Below, piece after piece: positions 1 to 12,812 of a stretch of DNA of 64,000 bases. Numbering within the stretch: position 1 is the first letter of the stretch; the number at the start of each line of letters is the position of its first letter. Origin of the DNA: Octopus sinensis. Lineage: Eukaryota. The notes beneath the pieces are model-generated. The model was not told where the DNA came from. It was given only the letters and a program-made list of their open reading frames with translations, and did not search any database. The DNA is taken from the NCBI RefSeq assembly GCF_006345805.1, contig NC_042997.1, positions 161,510,001 through 161,574,000 of the forward strand, written 5' to 3'. The position numbers and the translations under genes are program-made.

Positions 1-414
1 ATTTCAAGGACACAGACCTTGCCTTCCCACCTTTCTATGGTTTCTTAGTTTATTCTATTTTTAGACTGTCTTGTTATCATTATTATTATAGAAGATTCTT
101 GTGATGAGTGCTGTGGTGTACAAGTGAGTCAGTGATATGTTCCTCCCCAACCTACCTACCCTATAGCTTTTATCCATCTGGATTTGCTTTATTTTCTTAG
201 AAAGTTCTTCAAGAAAAAAAGCATCATAATTATTCATTTCTTTCCCTTGTAATATTTTTAGCCTCCTGTCTACAAAAGACATTTTGAGATAACGAAAATA
301 ACTCATATAGTAAAGGGGACAATTTCATACTTTACAATTTAATTTATATGAGCTGGTTTGATAGGACTGCTAAAACAGTTGTTTAACATCTGAGTTTGAT
401 TTTCACCAAAACTA

Positions 415-1317
415 ACTTTACTTTTTAGCATTAAGATCTGTAATTAAATATCATAAAGTAGTTTGTCCAGTGCTAACTGGTACTTATTTCATCAACCCCA
501 AAAGGATGAAAGGCAAAATCAACTCTGGTGACATTTGAATTCAGAACATAAAGATGGACAAAATGCTTAGCAGCATTTCATCCAGTATGCTAGCGATCCT
601 GCCTTCATTTCTAGGTAATAATCCTTTCCTATTATAAGCACAACGCCTGTAATTTGGGGGAAGGGGTAAGTCAATTGCATCAACCCCAACGGCGAGCTGG
701 CAGAAACGTTAGCACACCGAGTGAAATGCTTAGCGGTATTTCGTCTGCCGCTACGTTGTGAGTTCAAATTCCGCCGAGGTCAACTTTACCTTTCATCCTT
801 TCGGGGTCGATTAAATAAGTACCAGTTACGCACTGGGGTCGATATAATCGACTTAATCCGTTTGTCTGTCCTTGTTTGTCCTCTCTGTGTTTAGCCCCTT
901 GTGGGTAGTAAAGAAATAGGTATTTATTTAATCGACCCCAAAAGGATGAAAGGCAAAGTCGACCATGGTGGAATTTGAACTCAGAACGTGAAGACGGATG
1001 AAATACCACTAAGTATTTCGTCTGGCATGCTAACGATTATGCCAACTCGCCACTTTCAGTCCCAAGTAATAATAAAAGTAACACCAACTGCTTCTAACAT
1101 AGGAACAAAGCCCAGGGCCAGTGGAGCATATTTAGTTATTTAAATTAGCTCTAGTACTTATTGACTGGTACTTTAACTGGTTCCCTGAAAGGACAAAAAG
1201 CGAAATTGACCCCTCCAGGATTTGAACTCAGAATATAAAGATCCACAATTAAATACTGCAATGTATTTTTGTTTGATATTCTGCCAATCCACAGCCCATA
1301 ATAATAATAATAATAAC

Positions 1318-1351
<34 letters not shown>

Positions 1352-1680
1352 ACAACAATAATAATAATAATAATAATAACATATTTCTTTACTACCCACA
1401 AGGGGCTAAGCAACAAGGACAGACAAATGGATTAAGTCGATTACATCGACCCCAGTGCATAACTGGTACTTAATTTATCAACCCCAAAAGGATGAAAGGC
1501 AAAATCAACCTCGGTGGTATTTGAACTCAGGACGTACCGGCAGACGAAATACGGCTACGCATTTTGCCCGGTGTGCTAACATTTCTGCCAGCTCGCCACC
1601 TTTTATATAATAATAATAATAAGAAGAAGAAGAAGAAGAGAAGAAGAAGAAGAAGAAGAAGAAGAAGAAGAAGAAGAATG

Positions 1681-1729
<49 letters not shown>

Positions 1730-2450
1730 CGATAATAATCATAATGGTTTCAAATTTTGCCACAAGAGCAACAATTTTAGAGGAGGGGATGAGTCAATTA
1801 CATCAATTCCAATGTTCAACTGGTACTTATTTTATCAACCTCAAAAAGATGAAAGGCAAAGTCGACATCAGCAGTACTTGAACTCAGAATGTAAAGACAG
1901 ATGAAATACTGCTAAGTATTTTGTTAACAACTCTGCCAACTCATCGCTCTCAATATAAGGAGGACAAGGAGGATTTCTAAATTTGGCACAAGGCCAGCAG
2001 TTTCAGGAGGGTAGTAGGTTAATTATATCAACCCCAGTTTTTAACTGATACTTTTTTTTTATCAGCTTATCTGCCCTGAAAAGGTGAAAGGCAAAGCTGA
2101 CTTCAGTAGAATTTGAACTCAGAACATAAAGAGCTAGAAAAAATATTGCTTAACATTTTATTCCAACACTCTTATGATTTTGTCAATCTACCACCCTTAA
2201 TATCAATAATAACCCTATCTACTGCTATAGGCACAAACCTGAAATTTTGGATGAAGAGGCTAGTCAATTATATTGACCCCAGTGCTCAACTGGTATCTAT
2301 TTCATTAACCCTTAAAGGATGAAAGGCAAAGTTGACCTCAGTTGAATTTGAACTCAGAATGTAAGGATGCCATGCTAACAATTCTATCAATTCACCACCA
2401 CACAAACCCAGTAGTTTTGAGGAGACGGCCTTGTTGATTACATCCTCTCC
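415..2450. mobile_element. Cluster of about 8 tRNA-derived SINE copies (family A: GGCGAGCTGGCAGAA...GAGTTCAAATTC...CTTTCATCCTTTCGGGGTCG), mostly minus strand, with (AAT)n/(AAC)n/(AAG)n tails
   Basis: The same ~210-bp consensus recurs at about 415-605, 691-925 (+, least diverged), 920-1060, 1085-1290, 1382-1600, 1748-1950, 1975-2185 and 2225-2400. A-box-like GGCGAGCTGG and B-box-like GAGTTCAAATTC are visible. Confidence 0.85.
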
Positions 2451-4410
2451 CCTACCTCCATATATAATATTTTATATCTGTTTTCTAAGCAAGATTAAAG
2501 CTGCTATTTTGTGAATTTATGTATATATAAATATATACACATGACTGAAGGCAAGTAATTTAACAATTAAATGTTCTTTTTCCAGCCCTGAACAAAATGT
2601 AGGGAGGGACCTGTTGTTAGATAAGTAGAGTACCCTGCCTTCCCCAGGAGCCCAACATCACACCTGTAGTAAGACCTGAACTCGTTGCCATGTAATCCGT
2701 AGCATACAGTATAACCATAGCCTATAACCAGTAGTTTCAATTTGCATTTTTTAATATTTTATTTTATTTTATTTATTTATCTTTTTCATGTTTCTCTTGC
2801 CCATAGAAATAATCTTAGTTATTAATTAAGAGGATTCTACATAATGTTAACTGATATTACGTTTAATGTTTTTAAAGTAATTAAGAAAGAGAAAAAGATC
2901 ATATAACTGATATAAATAGCCATTGAATTTTGAAAAAAAAAATTATATATGTGTCTGTCACAACAAATTTCTATTCAATTAAAACTACCAGTAAGGCATG
3001 CTGGTGTATTATGAGAATAGAAAATATTGGCACATCCTAAGCACAGCCCTTCATATAATCATATTGATTTTCTTTTACATAGGTGCAAGGCCTAAAATTT
3101 AGGAAATTAGTGTAGATAGTTATATGAATAACAGTACCAAACTGGTGTTTATTTTCCTGGGATTTAAAGTTAGAATGTAAAGGATCACAGCTAAATATTG
3201 CAAAGTACCTACACTGGCATAAAACTTTTTATTACGTGTCAGTGAGAGGTACCAGCAATTGAAATTGAATATGTAATCAGCATTTATTATATTAATTTAT
3301 ATGAAAAACAATAATGATAGAGGCTTTGCTTGCTGGAGCTTAAAACATAGAGGAAATTAATTCTGTAAACTTTTAATATTACCAAATAATAATCAAACAA
3401 AACTTTACTGAGAAATAATTACAATTGAAGTATTCATTAAACTCAACAGAATGTAAAAATTAATTAGTTATTTTTCTTTTTGTTTTTTCAACAAAAAACA
3501 TAAAATTAATTTAAACAATTGTTTTCGTTTCTTTGTTATTTGTTATTGAATTCACTTTTCTTTTATTTCCATAGTAACTGCATAGTTTTTTTTTTTTTTT
3601 CAAATGTCATAATAAGGTGTTTAGCTTATTATATTAGCATGCATCATCAAAATTTATTTCTATTAAAAAATTAAACTTTATACATGTGTATTGACATTAG
3701 CAGTAATTTTCTTTATTTTGTCTTTTAAATAATTGTGATTATTATGTTTAAATTATTTAAAAAAAAAGTTAATATCAACTATTTTATTTGATAACAGTTT
3801 AAGTAAATACGCAAATAAGGTACATGTGCATGTGTGTGCATGTTTATTATACACAAGCGCACACACACACACACACACAGAGTTACACACACACACAACA
3901 ATATATATATATATAATTGTTTAATTTACCTTGCAAAATGAAAACATTAAACTACTTAGCATTCATGCTTGTGTGTGTGCTGTTGTTGTTGTCTAACTGC
4001 TGGTCAGTCCTGACCAAACAGAAATATTATCAAAAACACTCCAGCAGTGGCCATACCTTAGTCTGACTAGTACTACATCATGCAACATATCCTTCTTTTT
4101 ATTTAGATAGTATGTTGTAATTAGAGGGAGATTTGTCTACTATTTCTAGCAGGCTGGATTAGCATGTATAGTTGTGTTGTCTAGTCACAGATCAATCTTG
4201 ATCAAGTAGAAATATAATCAAAAGCATTCCAGCCAAAGCCAACCTGACGTTTTAGAATATCCAGTATTACATTTATTTGTGTCCTGTCCATATATAAGAT
4301 ATAGAATATTTGAAAGAGATTTAGCTGTTATTTCTAGCAGATCGATTGCCTACATAGAGGCCACCTCATTGATTCAATGTGTAATTATGTAATGTATGCT
4401 GTGCACTTAC

Positions 4411-4719
4411 CTTTTTTCTGTAAGATGGGCAGTGGGGGTGATGGGTCAGTAAGTTCTCCAGTTGTAGTTTCTCCCCTTATTCTGATATAGTAATCCACTC
4501 CTTGCTTTAAATCTGTAATTCTATGTCTTTTCTCTTTTAATCCAGTTACCAAAGTTTTCCACTCCTTTGACGGAGCTTCAAGTATTTCTAATGTGTATCC
4601 AGTGAGTGAGTCTTCTCGATCATATGGCTGATAGTATATCCGATGCCATTGCAAATACACACCTTGAGTATCATCAGCAAGGATCTCGGGCTGAACGAAT
4701 GGGCCTGTATTAGGAGCAC
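4411..4719 (-). CDS. Internal coding exon encoding one fibronectin type III domain (titin/twitchin/obscurin-like large multidomain protein)
   Basis: Acceptor ...tatcatttttag|GT GCT CCT and donor AAA G|gtaagt. 309 nt, phase 1-1, open frame (G)APNTGPFVQPEIL...VYLQW...GYTLEILEAPSKEWKTLVTGLKEKRHRITDLKQGVDYYIRIRGE...DPSPP with FnIII W, Y, W, L, Y motif spacing. Confidence 0.85.
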
Positions 4720-6719
4720 CTAAAAATGATATACACAAGCATTTAACATACAAACACACATTGTGCAGTAACTAATAATAAGTAATGATATGGGAAAAAG
4801 TATAGTATAATAAAACCATTAGAATATATAACTTATCTTTAACAGAATTTACTTACCAGTTTTTTAGATCATTGCTATATCTATAAAGAAAGTTTTGATA
4901 AGAAACGAAAGACACTACAAAGAAGAGACAAGAAGGAGGCATCATATTACATTTGAAATATATCTCAGGTACCAAATACACATGTCTTATTCCTAAGGAA
5001 TTAAGCATGTAGAGAATTAGCTTTAAACCAGACAGAAATAGATATGATCAACAAAAGTAATAACAGGATAGGGGAAGGCTTAAAATTAACCTGAAAGGAA
5101 GGGAGTGTTAGAAGCACCCTGCACTAGGAGATGCTTACACCAGCTAGTAGCATCAGTAAAAGAGGAATGAAGAAAGAAAAGGAAGAAGTAGATATCAGTA
5201 AAAGAACTACTCTATCAGCTGTAGCTGAACTTTTATTTTTTTTCTTTTAGGTAGAAAGAGGTGCCCACAGTCAAGGATTGATAAATAATAGGTTTATATA
5301 ACTAGAACAGAAGCTAGTATGCCAAACAATCTGCTGACCTACTGGGCATTTGGACTCAAATTATCTTATGATAAGACCTGGTAAGTTATTTGGCCAAGAT
5401 TAGCATCAACAATATTTGAAAGCTGAATGCCTACTTGTAGTGGTCCATTAAATGAAGTATCTTTCCCTGCTGTTGAATTAGCTTAGGAGGAGGGAGAAAG
5501 TGCCAAAATTACATACCAGCATACAGTTTATGAAAGTAGTTTTATGTATCTTTCTATATCAACTTATAAAGGTAATTTCTTAATAGCAGCCAGTAATTAT
5601 AACGACTGCAATATTTTCATTATTACTGGGTATTTGTGAAGGTCTGTACACTACAATGTTCTATCATCTATTCTGATATCAACCATATTTATTTAATTGT
5701 CAATTGTACTAAAAAAAGAAATGAAGAAAAAAAATATATTCATCAAAATCTTTATCAAAAAGGCTACTGCTAGAGATAGCAAACCAACTGAAAACATATG
5801 TTCAGGAACTAAATATATCAAAATTATTCTGCTTTGCAATAGACTTTATCAAAACCAGTGTGTGAAACAAGAGAAATTTCTTTTTCTTCAGATTCATGTC
5901 AGTTAGAATATTTCATTTTAAATTAAGCTATTACCGTTTATTCAAGGAAAGCAAATAGCACCAAATGAAATTATAATAGTCTAAAAATAGTATTTCTTAA
6001 ATAACTGTAGTAGAAATGTACTTTTGTTGACAACTTTTAAATCTTTAAAAGATCAATCATAAGATTAAATGTGTATAGGAAGTTAAAATAGAATTGGAAT
6101 GCATAATTAGCTAATTAAAGGTTTCTATAAAATTAAAACGATGTGTTAATGATGAAAATGCTTACTGCTAAAGTTTTATATATGAGTGGGTGGATTTACT
6201 TTTCAATTGATATTAGATACTTATTAATTTCCAAGAGAAAATTTTCAAGGAGAAAATGATTCACCTTTAGCTCTTGTAATATAATCTCAATTAAATATTC
6301 ATAACCATTACAGTAATGCTTCTTAACAGAATTCAATATAATTTCTCAATTATAAAGTTTATGACAATTTGTAAAAGTATGTGTATAAATATGTGAGTGT
6401 ACACACACACACATACACACACCATATATATATATATATATTTCCATAAGTGTGTGTATGTGTGTGTGAGTGAGTGTGCATGCATGCAAGCATGGCTGTG
6501 TGGTTATGAAATCTCTTCTCAACTATATATTTTCAGCTTCTGCTCCACTATACAGTACCATAGTACCATGGGTAAGTGTCTTCTACTGTAGTTCCAGTTT
6601 GACCAGAGCCCTGTCAATGGATCTGAGAGACAGAACTTCACAAGAAACCCATCATAAATGTGTGTGTGCATGTGTGTGTGTGTTTGTGTGTATGTGTGTG
6701 TTGTGTGTATGTGAGAGAG

Positions 6720-6990
6720 TATGAAGGCATTGACAAATGACCAAAACCTTCGGCAATATGCGGTGCTTGACAAGAAGACTCATGAAGCCAAGTGAAATTG
6801 TAGTTGTGGCAACTGGCATATAAAAGCATCTATTACACTCTGAGTGGTTGACGTTAGGAAGGGCATCCAGCCATAGAAACCATGCCAACTCAGACTGGAG
6901 TCTGGTGCAGCCCCACAGCTTGCCAGCTCTGGTCAAGCCATCCAACCCATACCAGCATGGACAATGGACGTTAAATGATGATGATAATAA
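6720..6990 (+). mobile_element. RTE LINE 3'-UTR/tail fragment ending in (GAT)n
   Basis: Matches the 3' end of the RTE element at 52060-52460 (GAGTGGTTGACGTTAGGAAGGGCATCCAGC...CCAACCCATACCAGCATGG...GATGATGAT). Confidence 0.8.
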
Positions 6991-7077
6991 TATATATATT
7001 TATATATATATATAAGAATTTTTTGCATAATGAGATAAAAAACCAAGGCTGTGTAGATATTAGAACATTTATAGATA

Positions 7078-7130
7078 GGTCTTACAGCTGTTTCCAGGAT
7101 ATTTATTAATTATATACCTTCATCAGAGAC
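7078..7130 (-). ncRNA. Type I minimal hammerhead ribozyme-like motif (PLE-type)
   Basis: Minus strand reads GTCT-CTGATGA-AGG[tatataattaataaata]TCCTG-GAAAC-AGCT-GTA^AGAC. Stem I is GUCU/AGAC, both core segments are present, stem III is palindromic, and the cleavage triplet is GUA. Confidence 0.7.
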
Positions 7131-7138
7131 GGTGTGAG

Positions 7139-7420
7139 AGGATAATTAAGTCATAGTTAGTCTAGATAGGATACAAAATAGAGAATGAGGTAGAGGAAAG
7201 TAAATAGATGTAAGATATGTAGGGATATTGAAGTTGTAGATCCATTTGATCTACAACTTCAATATCCATACATATCTTACACGGAGTGGTTGGCGTTAGG
7301 AAGGGCATCCAGCTGTAGAAACATTGCCAGATAAGACTGGAGCCTGGTGCAGCCTTCTGGCTTCCCAGATCCCCGGTCGAACCGTCCAACCCATGCTAGC
7401 ATGGAGAACGGACGTTAAAC

Positions 7421-7453
<33 letters not shown>

Positions 7454-7530
7454 CTTACATCTATTTACTTTCCTCCACCCCCACTCTGTATTTTGTGTCC
7501 TATCTAGACTAACTATTACTTAACCATCCT
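7139..7530. repeat. Fold-back element with ~104-bp arms and a 5-nt loop, right arm interrupted by an RTE tail insertion
   Basis: 7139-7242 is the reverse complement of 7248-7281 joined to 7460-7530. Loop CATTT at 7243-7247. Confidence 0.9.
7282..7451 (+). mobile_element. Young 5'-truncated RTE tail insertion with 8-bp TSD
   Basis: ATCTTACA at 7274-7281 and 7452-7459. Body is the RTE 3' end with a (GAT)n tail. Confidence 0.9.
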
Positions 7531-7909
7531 TGTTGGTAGGGTGTGAGAGCCTGGATCTGGCCAGTTTGAACCTGAAACAGGTAGAATATTTGGGCAGGAT
7601 ATGGATGAATTAAATGCTAGATGATTAATAATATTAGCATTTAGATACACAGACTGACAGATTGGAAATTGCTGAACCGTGGGGTAGAATTTACCTGATA
7701 ATTATTAGCTATAAATGCAGATGTAGAATTATTACATGGAATCAGAATTATGATTCTTTGTTTTCATTTTGCTTTTAATAATAAAAAGAGATGAGAAAAT
7801 CTTCCAATCCTTCTATTCTATCTGGTTTAAAGGAGTTGCTGATTAACAAAGTATATAATTTGAGATTAAATATTTGGAATTATATGAAATATTAAATGCC
7901 AAAATTTCA

Positions 7910-7955
<46 letters not shown>

Positions 7956-8089
7956 CTTTGTGCATGTGTGTTTAAGTATAGGTTCATGTGGTTAGATTGT
8001 TGAGGGTTAAGTTGGAAGAAACATTTTTCTTTTTGTGTCTACAAAGCATTATTGTATTATTAGCAGTGAAGCTGAAATGAAAATTATTG

Positions 8090-8300
8090 GTTTCAAATTT
8101 TGGCACAAGGCCAACAAGTTCTGGGTAAGGATTAAGTCGATTACATTGGCCCAGTACTCAACTGGTACTTATTTTATCAACCCCAAAAAATGAGAAGTAA
8201 AGTTGACCTCAGTGGAATTTGAACTCAGAATGTAGAGATGGGTGAAATGCCACTGTGCGTTTTGCCCATTGTGCTAGTAATTCTGCTAGCTCACCACCTT
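8090..8300 (-). mobile_element. SINE family A copy
   Basis: Reverse complement of the family A consensus (GTTGACCTCAGTGGAATTTGAACTCAGAA). Confidence 0.8.
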
Positions 8301-8694
8301 TGCAATGAAAAATATTGACATATATTTGAACATATTAACTGTGAACCTAAGCAAATAAACAAGAGAAGGAAATATTGCAGCATTCAAAAAAATTAAGGTG
8401 AATATTAGTTTTCTCTATTTGAACATAAGATTAAAAAATAATTTAAACAATTGAAATATAATAAGATTTATACTTTCAATAAAATATATTATAGTTGCCA
8501 TAAGAATTGTCAAACATAAGCAAAGTATACTAAACACAATTAAATAAGGCTGTCCAGATAAATGATTTATACACTCATTGGTATTAGAATTTCTATACAA
8601 TTTTCATAGTATTTTACACTTCATATTATAAGTATATATATGTAGATAAAGATGCATATGTACATACAATATATATATGTGTAAAAAAATTTGA

Positions 8695-8890
8695 GCGAGG
8701 TCGTTGCCAGTAATGCCTGACTGGCCCCTGTGCCGGTGGCATGTAAAAAGCACCCACTACACTCTCGGAGTTGTTGGCATTAGGAAGGGCATGCAGCTGT
8801 AGAAACTCTGCCAGATCAAGATTGGAGTCTGGTGCAGCCATCAGGTTCGCCAGCCCTCAGTCAAAATCGTCCAATCCATGCTAGCACTAG
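8695..8890 (+). mobile_element. RTE 3' tail fragment
   Basis: TGCCTGACTGGCCCCTGTGCCGGTGGCATGTAAAAAGCACCC...GGAAGGGCATGCAGCTG matches 52260-52440. Confidence 0.8.
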
Positions 8891-8977
8891 GGGTATGACA
8901 GAGTGTTAGGTAACAATCCAATTATATAACCCTACACTCATCAGAGGTAGCCAATAGGGAATGAAATATGATGACTT

Positions 8978-9008
<31 letters not shown>

Positions 9009-9084
9009 TGCATGCACACATATATTTATAGTGCACAAATAAAACGAACTTCATGTTTAAGGCTCTGATCAAATATTATATGTA

Positions 9085-9420
9085 TGTAAAGTGTCAGGTT
9101 CACAATCATGAGGGAGTAAGTTCAATTCCCAGACTGGACTGTGTGTTGCACTCTTGAACAGGATACTTTATTTCACATTTCTCCAGTTCACTTGTCTGTA
9201 GATATGAGTTGCGACATCACTGGTGCTAAGCTGCTTTGGTCTTTGCTTTTGCTTTCCTTTGGACAACATTAGTGGCATAGAAAGGAGAGACTGGCATACA
9301 TGGATGACTGCTGGTCTTTTATAAACAATCTTGCTTGGACTTGCCCTTGGGAAGGGAACTTTCTAGGTGCAATCCCATGGTCATTCATAACCGAAGGGAT
9401 CTTTACTCTTTTACCCTTTA
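9085..9420 (+). mobile_element. tRNA-derived SINE (family C)
   Basis: Similar to the reverse complement of 57600-57940 (TTTCACATTTCTCCAGTTCAC...CTAGGTGCAATCCCATGGTC). Confidence 0.7.
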
Positions 9421-10649
9421 TATATCACTCTACAATTTATTTGCCATTAATCACCTCCAGTTATGTTTCCCTCAACTCTGAATTTCATCTCAGGACTGCC
9501 ATACATCATCTTTAACATTTTCACATAGCCATTATCATTCTCAACACCAACTTATATCTGCTATCAATAATCACCTCATCAGCATTGTTTCTCATTCACT
9601 AAAGTACCTTTATGTACCTCTGACTATCATCTCTGTCACTTTATGTCTCTCTCTATCCCTCTCTCTCTCCCCCTCTCACTCTCTCCCTCACTCTCCTACC
9701 TCACACACCATCTTCTTATTTCTGATCTGTCCACAAGCTTATTACACAGCAGCTTTCTACTCCTCCTTTACTGCAACTTATTACCTCCTCCTTCTTGAGC
9801 AACCCCTACATCTTTCACCTTCTCCCATATTGATATTTGCACTCGACCACATGTTCACTCTTGTTCATTAGTCACTACATTCACTTCTACTCATCTCTCC
9901 AACCATCTGTTACTCGCTTCTCACACTCTTATGAAGTTATCTACCCATCATTTCCAATCCAATGTCTGTATTCTCTATTATATCTACCTTCCTATATCAT
10001 CTTTGTCTTCCTTCCAGCTACTCCCAACCATCCTTACATAATACAAAGTAGCCATGTATCTCCTCTATTGCAAGACACACACCTGTACCTGTCCTTCTAC
10101 TATACCTTTCACTACTTGGCATAAAGTCACCTCCTTTACTACAATCCCTCTTAGTTGAGGAGGCATTTTCTTTGTCCTGCCAATTATTTGGCAACCTCAC
10201 AAGCATTGGTGCCACAAAAATGCATCCAGTACATTCTGTAAAGTGATTGATATTAAGAAGGGTATTCAGTTGTTAAAACCATATCCTAAGCAGACATTGG
10301 TGTTCAACACAGTCCTCCAGCTTGTTAGATGCTGTAAAATCTTCCACACATGCTGACAGCCATTCAAGAATTTGAACCTGGAGATCTCCATTTCCAGTGA
10401 CTTCAAGGGCCACCTCCCAGTGGTGTTGGGCGTCAACAAAGAGCCCTCGACTACAACAAGATGACCAAAGTTTTTTTTTTTTTCCAAGGTCTGGGGTCTC
10501 CCGCCCCTAAGCCCTAAACCATCACCTAATCACCTTTACCCGTCTTGTTGCTTAACAACAACAATAACCCATGCTGACAGGAAAGACAGGTGATAAATGA
10601 TGATACATAAACACACATATACACTACTACTGTCTTCACTGACCATTCA

Positions 10650-11200
10650 ACTAGATTATGCACCCTAACTACAACACTTACACACTCTCACAAACACCAA
10701 CATTTGAAGTAATTTCAATGCTATGAACGACTCCTGGTATTCAAATAGCACAGATAATTAAAGATGTAACATAATATCATTACAACTAAGCGTCCTTTAT
10801 ATCCTAAACAATCCACACAAATACTTATTATACCTTACCAACCCAAATAGAAGAACTCCTCTTCAGACATCACCATCTGCTCCAAACACCTAACTGTTAC
10901 AACCATCTTGTAAACAATTACCAATTTTTCTTAGACCACCAACCGATTATCATCACAACACACTTGTACATCAATGAAGGCAGGAAAAACTCCTTCACAA
11001 ACTTCAAGAAAGCACAATGGAATGAGTTTCACTGAGAAACAGAATCAAGGTTTTCAGAATTCAGTGTATATTCAGCAAAATAGTTCTAGACACACCGACA
11101 AAACATATCACGCTAAACAACATAAAGAATTATAACCCCAGTTACACACTAGAAATAGCCAAACTGATAAAGTCCAAAGACAACCTCAAACCCAGTACAT
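10650..11200 (+). pseudogene. Degraded APE endonuclease of a Jockey/I-type LINE
   Basis: Frame-broken motifs SNFNA (GDFNA), SSDITICS, LDHQPII and TNFKKAQWNEF. Confidence 0.6.
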
Positions 11201-11307
11201 AAGCACCAGTCACAACTGAAACAGAATTCAGTAAACTAAAGGAAATAAGAACAGCAGCAACAACAGTGATAACAACATCAATAATAATAATAACAACAAC
11301 AACAGCA

Positions 11308-12481
11308 ATAAATGGAAGCAGGTGTAATTGCATAGACAGTAGATGAACTAAACCGCTTAGACAGAAAGACAAGGAAGTTGCTAACTAGACAAGGGTCACT
11401 CCACCCAAAAAGTGACACAGACAGACTGTATGTACCAAGGAAAAGAGGGGAAGAGGACTTATTGGATGTGAACACAGCTTTAGAGCAGAAGAAAACAACA
11501 TAGCATGGTATGTAAAAAGTGCCACAGAACCACTATTATTAGAAGTAAGAAGGTCAAGCTTGTGTAGGATGAAAGATTGCTTATGTAGGATAAAAGATAC
11601 TCACTGTACAAGAAATTGAAAACAAATGAAACTGAAAATAGGTGGGTAAAGAAAAGAATGCATGGTCAATTTCATAGGGATGTCGAAGGTAAGACAGATA
11701 GAGAAAAAAGACGGCTATGGATGACTAAAAGTGATTTAAAACTGGAAACGGAGGCTTTAGTCTGTGCTGCCCAAGAGCAAGCACTAAGAACAAACTATAT
11801 AAAATATAGAATAGACAGCACAGCAGAAAGTGATAAGTGCAGAATATGTGGACAAAATGGTGAAACTGTATGGCATATTACCAGCCAATGTATGTCACTA
11901 GCCCAGAAGGAATATAAAAGATGCCACAACAATATAGCCTGGATTGTCCATTGGACACTTTGCAACAAGTATGGACTTGACAGAGCAAAAAATTGGTACA
12001 ACAAACCTAAAGGCATCGTTGAAAATAGAAATGCAAAGATCCTATGGGATTTTATGATTCAGTGCGACCATGAGATAGAGAATAGGAAACCAGGCATAGT
12101 CTTAATTGAGAAAGCAAACAAACTATGCTGAATCATAGATATAGCATGCCGAGCTGACAACAAGGTATGTGATAAGGAAAAAAGAAAAGTTGAGAGATAT
12201 GACAGGTTAGCTTGGGAAGTTAAGCAGTTGTGGTCGATGAAAAAGGGAGCATTAGTACCAATAATTGTGGGAGCCCTGGGAACAGAGAACAAAAGTCTCA
12301 AGAAGTACAAGGAACAAATAGGGGTTGCAATAAGGGTGGAGCACTTGCAGAAAACAGCACTGCTTGGAACCACCCGAATACTCCTGAAGGTACTTGAGAA
12401 ATAAGAGGTGTTACCTTAGTTCACTGGTAGTGGACACCTGACAATGCATTACATCTCCAGCATTAGAAACTGTGCAAAAGC
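11308..12481 (+). mobile_element. 5'-truncated R4/Dong-clade LINE (RT C-terminus, CCHC finger, restriction-like endonuclease), disrupted
   Basis: LDRKTRKLL...LHPKSDTDRLYVPRKRGG, MHGQFHR, LKLETEALVCAAQEQAL, CRIC...ETVWHITSQC, ILWDF, RKPGIVLI, VPIIVGALG. Internal stop at 12131, terminal stop 12402-12404, then a (TAA)n tail. Confidence 0.88.
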
Positions 12482-12525
<44 letters not shown>

Positions 12526-12552
12526 TAATAATAATAATAATAATAATAATAA

Positions 12553-12812
12553 AGATTGAGATTTCTAGGACATGGCAATTAAAAACCAAATCCCAGTTGT
12601 TGTAGCTGCCCTGGAAATGATCAAGAAATGTACTGGCAAATTTTTTGATCTATGGAAAACCAATAATCTATGAGACCCAAAATCATTTTGTTGACATCAA
12701 CCACTCACATTCTCAAAAAGTTTCCCTCCATCTAATATATATGTGCCTTAGGTCTTTGGTTGAGATCCAGTCAGCAGATGAAATAAAATGCAACTCAGTC
12801 GGAAAATAATAA
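12553..12812 (+). mobile_element. Short 3' end of a second R4/Dong-type family
   Basis: KIEISRTWQLKTK..PVVVAALEMIKK parallels LEIEISKMWKLKTKTIPVVIGALGMIAK in the 13967 ORF. Starts directly after (TAA)n. Confidence 0.65.

Noticed and set aside
156-269. Minus-strand ORF segment with a cttttgtag acceptor and gtaggt donors (RRLKILQGKEMNNYDAFFLEELSKK...) as the next exon of the FnIII gene
   Set aside because: No recognisable domain and only moderate splice signals. A competing plus-strand mini-exon (EDSCDECCGVQ, ~92-123) is equally plausible, which suggests chance.
1151-1881. ORFs of poly-N/L/I/Y/R, and likewise the many [12 protein letters not shown] ORFs across the window
   Set aside because: These are translations of tri-, di- and tetranucleotide microsatellites, not proteins.
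2580-2750. GC-richer island with an open minus frame (GYGYTVCYGLHGNEF...)
   Set aside because: No splice sites or domain support; probably a fragment of an unidentified repeat.
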